Assembly (NCBI GenBank): GCA_040752415.1
Contig: JBFMGU010000050.1
Span: forward strand, 1 to 48,899
From: Myxococcota bacterium
Lineage (GTDB): Bacteria; Myxococcota; JACRCW01
Direction: 5' to 3'
Length of the DNA stretch: 48,899 nt
The position numbers were made by a program, and so were the translations under genes. Below, piece by piece: positions 44,159 through 48,899 of the stretch; position 1 is the stretch's first letter, and the number at the start of each line of letters is the position of its first letter. The notes below the pieces were generated by a model. That model ran no database searches, was not told where the DNA came from, and saw only the letters and a list, made by a program, of their open reading frames with translations.

Positions 44159-44674
44159 TCACTGCACCGCAAGCAGGCCGCCGTAGAACGCCCGCAACAC
44201 CGTCCCGTCGGGCCCACGCACCGCCACGGAGTTCCGCTCGGAGGTGCACGCGACACACAGGCCGGACAGGTCATCCACCACGTGCAGGTGGAAGGTCACC
44301 GTGGCCCATGACTCGTCGGTGTCGACCTCGGTGGGTGAGATGTCGATGGCGAGCACGAGGGGCGCGGTGAGGTCGTCCCCGCTTCCCGCCGAGGATGGCG
44401 GCGTCGCGCTGGCGGAAGAGCTGCGGTGCTGGCCGCTCGAGGAGGAAGACGCGCTGACGGTGCTCGTGGATGAACCGGCCGAGCTGCTGGTGCTCGACGT
44501 GGTGGAGCTGGAGCTCCCTTCCGCCGCCGTCGTGGATGCGCCGGAGGACGAGGAGGACGAGGAGCTGCCTTGGGAACGCTTGCGGTCGCGGTCATCCTCG
44601 TCGGAGTTCGCACCGGAGCAGGCGAGGGTCACCAGGACCGACGGGGCGAAGAGGCCGGAAAGGCCGAGTCGCAT
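44159..44674 (-). CDS. Poly-Ser lipoprotein, probably C-terminally truncated
   Basis: Lipobox TLAC and Ser tract, then the start of an Ig-like unit (DLTAPLVLAIDISPTEVD..VVDDLSG) that stops early. Confidence 0.6.
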   Translation of the reverse strand: MRLGLSGLFAPSVLVTLACSGANSDEDDRDRKRSQGSSSSSSSSGASTTAAEGSSSSTTSSTSSSAGSSTSTVSASSSSSGQHRSSSASATPPSSAGSGDDLTAPLVLAIDISPTEVDTDESWATVTFHLHVVDDLSGLCVACTSERNSVAVRGPDGTVLRAFYGGLLAVQ

Positions 44675-44929
44675 GGCCGTCCTTGCGCTGAGGGAGGACC
44701 AAGCGTACCAGCTCCACCTGCACGCGCGTCGACGGAGCAGCGCGAATTCCTTGCGCGAGCCCTCCTGGGTGTCGACGAGAAATCTTTGCCGTGCCGCCGC
44801 TCTCGGAAACCCGCTCCCGCCGTGAAACAGGCGGTGGGCTGGATGCCCGTGCTGACGCGACCATCACGGCCCGGCGAGACGGATGGTGCTGTAGCACGCC
44901 TCCGCGTCCCAGCCCCGCGCTCGGACCAC

Positions 44930-44975
44930 TGCATTCCACGTCGTAGGACGCGTTGAAGCCGTCCTGGGTGTAGCC
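44930..44975 (-). repeat. Copy of near-terminal sequence of gene 34528-36963
   Basis: TGCATTCCACG(TCG)TAGGACGCGTTGAAGCCGTCCTGGGTGTAGCC equals 34563-34605 apart from a 3-bp insertion (GYTQDGFNASY(D)VEC). Confidence 0.88.
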
Positions 44976-45057
44976 TCGTCGGAGGATGGGCGGGATTGAA
45001 GGAGGCTCGCCGTGCGAACGGGCCCGCGAAGCCTGAGGAGCCGCGCAGGAACCGCCG

Positions 45058-45269
45058 GGAGTGCGCACCAACACGTCTTGCTCTGGAATACAAGACGTCT
45101 TGATGGAGCAGGTGATTTTTCACCTGGCGCCACCGCTCCTCAAGCAGGACCGCCAGGATCTGTGCGCCAGGATGGCCCGCGCGCTGCCTTGGGATTCTCC
45201 GCCGTGACAAGCTCATCCGCACCGACAACGACGCTGCGGAAACACTCGTGACGGATGCCCTGGGCGCAT
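45058..45269 (+). repeat. ~215-bp dispersed direct repeat, copy 2
   Basis: Same orientation as 31569-31785 and highly similar to it. Confidence 0.9.
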
Positions 45270-46005
45270 GCCTGGTGGGGGCGATGGACCGCGGGCAGCG
45301 TGAGAAGCGGGGCCTGCGCTGGCGGCCAGTGCGAAACCGACGCGCGTGTGAGGGCCCACCGGAGCTGGCCGCCTGACCTCGCATGGCACCCCCATGACGT
45401 GACGCCATCGCCCGCGGATGGATCACTCCGCCTGCGGGTACCCATGGACCCGGGCGAGGTGGGGAAACCCCATCGGCGGCGCCGTCCTGCCGTGCCCCGA
45501 CCTGGACGTACCACCTCCGGGTGAAGACGAATCCCGTCCAAGCCGTCCGCCAGCCGCTCCGTGGTGAGCGGGATGGACCGTCATGCGGACGCAGGGGCGT
45601 GCGCGCAAATGCCATCCCGCCACCGGCCTTGCGGCAAGCGTGAATCGCGAACAGGTGAACATCACCGTCGGGACGGGCCACGCGCTTCCGAGGGGAAGGA
45701 TACGCTCTGCTCCGCTGACGCCGGGGCCACGCCCACATCGGGGATGCGAGTCATGTGAGTTGTCAGGCAAAGACCCCGCCGTGAAGGGTTCGCGCGCCAT
45801 GACAAGGTGGCTTCGACGCTGCCAAGCCGCTTGACCACAGGCTTGCCCGAGGTCTGCCAGCGTGCTGTCATTCATCGTGCCATGAGCCTCCGACGCGTCT
45901 TTCCACGGCTTCTTGCGCAGGGGCGCCAACCTCGCGTTTTCCAAGGCGCAGCAGGTTTTGCACATGCCGCCACCGGAACGTGCGGGTAACGTGCCGGGAC
46001 ACGCC

Positions 46006-47481
46006 ATGACCGGATTCAGGGTCTCCGCCCGTGCGCGTGAGCTGTCTGCGCCGCTGGCGTCGTTCTTGCGCCGCTGGTCCGGGCGGCGTGCCCTGGTGAT
46101 CGTCACACTGCTGGCGCTGTTTCCCGGGACCCGGTCGCTGGTGACGGTCTTTCTTAACGGCCTGGACGGCATCTGCCGGCTGCTGCATTCCGAACTCATG
46201 AGGTGGGCATTGGTAAGGCTGGCGCGGAGCCCGTATCCCGTGCCGGTGCTGGAAACGCTGACTGCTATGGTGACGGTGGTTCTGGCGCTCGTGCTCTTGC
46301 CACCTCTGCAGCGCTGGGCCAGCGCCCGCAGGTCTGTGGAATCATTGTCGACCTCATCGGCTGTGCCCGCGTGGGAGGTACCGTCGCCGCAGCGCTGGCC
46401 CTTGGTGACCGCGAACGTGTGCGTGCTGTTGGCGTTGGTGCCGCGGCCGTCTCCCAATCTTTGGTACTGGGAAGACCGGCTGCACCGGGAGATGCTGCAC
46501 GTCCACGTGCGCCCGGAGCTTCTGGACGACGCGGCGTACCGGCGGCTCCCCGTTGAGGCCCAGATCGATGCGCGCCTCGAGGACTTGGCCCGCCAGCGTG
46601 ACGTGATCAAGCAGTGCGTGCTGCATGATCTGAAGTCATACTCACCAGAGGTAGAAGCCAAGGTGCAGTTACTGGCCCGGAACCGCTTCAGTACTGCGTT
46701 AGGAATGGACCTGGATGAAGCGTTGCTGGGTCCCACTACAATTCTGCCGCTGCCGTCGGAGCGGCTTCTGGAGCTGTTGGAGCGCGAGTCGTTGTGGGAG
46801 GACGTGGACTGGCAAGGCGGCTATTACAACCTGCTCGTAATACAGCTTCTGGGCTCCGCGGGGCGGTTCTTTGGCCCAGAGAACCTGCCACGGCTACGCG
46901 CGCTGCAGGAGCGTGAAAAGGAGAACTTGTGGTGGACGGGAAAAGCGGCGTTGGTCGTCGGCATTTCCCGGCTCCTTCCGCCCGCAGGCCCGAACATGCT
47001 GGATGACGTAGAGACGAGGCAGGGGTTCCTGCGGGACGCCATCCGCCATTGGCGCGAGCGATCCGTGGCCAGTAACGTGGCGCGGGAACTGATGCGCGTG
47101 GATTTGGAACAGAACTGGCCGTTCCTGCGCGAGCAGTTCCTTGCACGGGAGGATCCCGTGGAGGACCAGCACTTCTTCCGGTTCACGTTGCTGCTCGCGT
47201 TAGGGAATCCGCCGCACACGGCGCCGCAGCGAGCGGCATTGGCGGACCTGCTCCTAGATGAACGCTTGGTCCCACTCCTGACACGAAGCACGGGGCGCAT
47301 GGGTGATGATTTGGTCCGGCGGCTGGCCGTGCGGGCAGTGAACCGGCATGCCGGCAGGGAAATGCTCAGCATTATCGACGAGCAGGACCTCGGAGGCTCT
47401 CGGAATCCCCATGCAATTGCCAAGCTCCGCGCCATCGCCCTCCAGGTCCTTCGCGGCCAGGACGTGGTGGGACCGCGCTGA
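46006..47481 (+). CDS. Hypothetical protein, N-terminal membrane segments plus a helical domain
   Basis: Long ORF, visibly less GC-rich than its neighbours. Start uncertain. Confidence 0.55.
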   Translation: MTGFRVSARARELSAPLASFLRRWSGRRALVIVTLLALFPGTRSLVTVFLNGLDGICRLLHSELMRWALVRLARSPYPVPVLETLTAMVTVVLALVLLPPLQRWASARRSVESLSTSSAVPAWEVPSPQRWPLVTANVCVLLALVPRPSPNLWYWEDRLHREMLHVHVRPELLDDAAYRRLPVEAQIDARLEDLARQRDVIKQCVLHDLKSYSPEVEAKVQLLARNRFSTALGMDLDEALLGPTTILPLPSERLLELLERESLWEDVDWQGGYYNLLVIQLLGSAGRFFGPENLPRLRALQEREKENLWWTGKAALVVGISRLLPPAGPNMLDDVETRQGFLRDAIRHWRERSVASNVARELMRVDLEQNWPFLREQFLAREDPVEDQHFFRFTLLLALGNPPHTAPQRAALADLLLDERLVPLLTRSTGRMGDDLVRRLAVRAVNRHAGREMLSIIDEQDLGGSRNPHAIAKLRAIALQVLRGQDVVGPR

Positions 47482-47665
47482 AGAGCTTTGTCACCGCAGA
47501 GTGGTCGTTGCTCGCAAGGACGACCCGCTGTCGCACGCAGCCGAGCTCATGCGGGACAATCACGTTGGAGATGGCGTCGTCATTGAGTATCGCGGTAGCG
47601 CCCGCATACCCGTCGGCATCGTCACGGGCCGGGACATCGTGGTGGGGATCCTGGCCCAGGAGGTG
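47477..47665 (+). pseudogene. CBS domain protein fragment
   Basis: AEELCHRRVVVARKDDPLSHAAELMRDNHVGDGVV..PVGIVTGRDIVV. No start codon and no second CBS repeat. Confidence 0.7.
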
Positions 47666-47959
47666 GCAATTGCCCACCAATCCCCGGCTGCCGTCGGCGG
47701 TGACCACCGCCCCCAGCGGGTCGCGCCCCACCGGGACCAGCGCGGTTTCGGTCATCGTCTGCAGAACGACAATCGAGGCGTTGTTGGACATGGCGTTGGC
47801 CACCAGCAACCGGCCGCCGCCGAACCCGATGCCGTGCGGCATGTGTCCGCCGAGCATCACCCGACGTCCGGAGAACGTCTGCGTGAACGGGTCGATGGTT
47901 TCCAGGTAATGCGACCCTCCGACGCTGACCAACGTGAGCCCCGACTGCGGCGGAGACAT
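47663..47959 (-). pseudogene. YVTN-type beta-propeller fragment
   Basis: PHGIGF..LLVANAMSNNASIV..VPVGRDPLGAVVTADGSRGLVGN; ends at the CBS junction. Confidence 0.6.
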
Positions 47960-48076
47960 CCCGTGGGCCGGCGTGGCTCTGGGCCCACCGGACGCACCCG
48001 CCGGCGCCTTCTGCAGGGGGCAGGACGGCGCTGTGCCGGATTCTCACACCCGTTTCCTCTTCCTACCCGTGCCAAC

Positions 48077-48172
48077 ATGCGCCCCATTCACGTTCCAGAG
48101 CTCGGAGACGTCATCACGCTCCCGCAGGTTGGCGGCCTGCATCACAAGTACGTCCGGCGCATCGCCCAGTAG
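48077..48172 (+). mobile_element. C-terminal remnant of an integrase-core (rve) transposase
   Basis: GDVITLPQVGGLHHKYVRRIA resembles the GGLHHxY tail of integrase-core-domain IS proteins. Confidence 0.6.
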
Positions 48173-48334
48173 CCCGACGTCAACCACGACCGCGGCGTTT
48201 GGCATGCCTCCCCTCGCATGCCGACAGTCGAGGTGTTTTCTCGTCGTCACTCAACATCGCCCGCCGCCACCGTACAGCCTGCTCCGTCGGAGAAACCAGC
48301 GGCCAATCCAATATTCGGAAGAGACACGCTAATC

Positions 48335-48718
48335 CTACCGCTTCCTGAGCAGTCGCGATCCGGCTACCAATACGACCAGCGCCAACGCCGCCCACATCAA
48401 TTCCTGCCCTAGAGACACACGCAGGCAGCCCCAACGTGGGCTGTGGTCATCCCCCGGCGCCGCGTCACGAAGAGTTGGTGTGCCCCACCCGCTGTCGTGC
48501 CTGCCTGCGTCGGCCTTCACCGAAGGAGCGCTGCTGATGCTAGACGCTGCACCATCCCGTCCAGCGCCAACACTTCCATCCGTGCGGCGAAGCCCTGCAT
48601 CCAACTCCGCCGCAAGTCTAGCCTTGGTGAACCAGCCCGCTTCCAGCACGACCCCCTCTTTGGGGTAACTGTCGGTGCAGGTTTTCTTCCGCTGCTTATC
48701 TAGCGCTTCGTACAACAA
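48335..48718 (-). CDS. Partial or degraded protein ending in a MYXO-CTERM-like sorting tail
   Basis: WGCLRV..WAALALVVLVAGSRLLRKR*. Lower GC; an in-frame stop near 48811 leaves no clear start. Confidence 0.4.
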   Translation of the reverse strand: MLYEALDKQRKKTCTDSYPKEGVVLEAGWFTKARLAAELDAGLRRTDGSVGAGRDGAASSISSAPSVKADAGRHDSGWGTPTLRDAAPGDDHSPRWGCLRVSLGQELMWAALALVVLVAGSRLLRKR

Positions 48719-48899
48719 AGGCGCAGATGCTCTCAGCGCAATCCTTGTCTCATACTCTAACCCACTTACATGCCCAGGGTGATCGCATCTAAACCGCTGG
48801 GATTTCGATCACTTGGCCGACAGCGTTCCCGCGCGGTTGTGCCCAGATCGGAGCTGTGATCTGGCGCTCTCCTTCCACAGGAGGGTTCCGTGCTCAAGG

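Noticed and set aside
45099..45144. Integron attC site (hairpin CTTGAtGGAGCaGGTG/CACCGCTCCTCAAG with two bulged bases)
   Set aside because: No RYYYAAC/GTTRRRY ends, absent from repeat copy 1, and no integron integrase.
31569..45269. Diversity-generating retroelement (repeat pair plus a C-type lectin gene)
   Set aside because: Differences between the repeat copies are not adenine-specific, neither copy lies in the lectin gene, and there is no reverse transcriptase in the window.

Overview
A GC-rich bacterial chromosomal window. It looks like Myxococcota, inferred from the poly-Ser lipoproteins, PEGA, Kelch and Cys-rich surface proteins and a MYXO-CTERM-like tail. From left to right it holds: (1) a small stress/xenobiotic-response cluster (hydrolase-PadR, SRPBCC-HxlR, GNAT, ArsR-SRPBCC) with visible operators; (2) a 142-bp hairpin element flanked by CTAA; (3) a metallophosphoesterase, a PA14 + LTA-synthase-family pair, an anion transporter and a YgiQ-type radical SAM gene; (4) a type IV minor-pilin operon (FimU/PilV/PilW/PilX-like) with a very large PilX and no PilY1; (5) an 831-bp non-coding nested palindrome upstream of that operon; (6) DUF1801, DUF1697 and DUF362 genes; (7) a ~17-kb run of large surface-protein genes, most of it bracketed by a ~215-bp direct repeat that sits beside duplicated pieces of a gene 3' end; (8) a terminal mosaic of gene remnants (CBS, beta-propeller, integrase tail). 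I found no rRNA, tRNA, CRISPR array, intact transposase or reverse transcriptase. The most unusual signals are non-coding: the giant palindrome, the hairpin element, and single genes lying between duplicated gene 3' ends. All family assignments come from motif recognition by eye, not from database searches.
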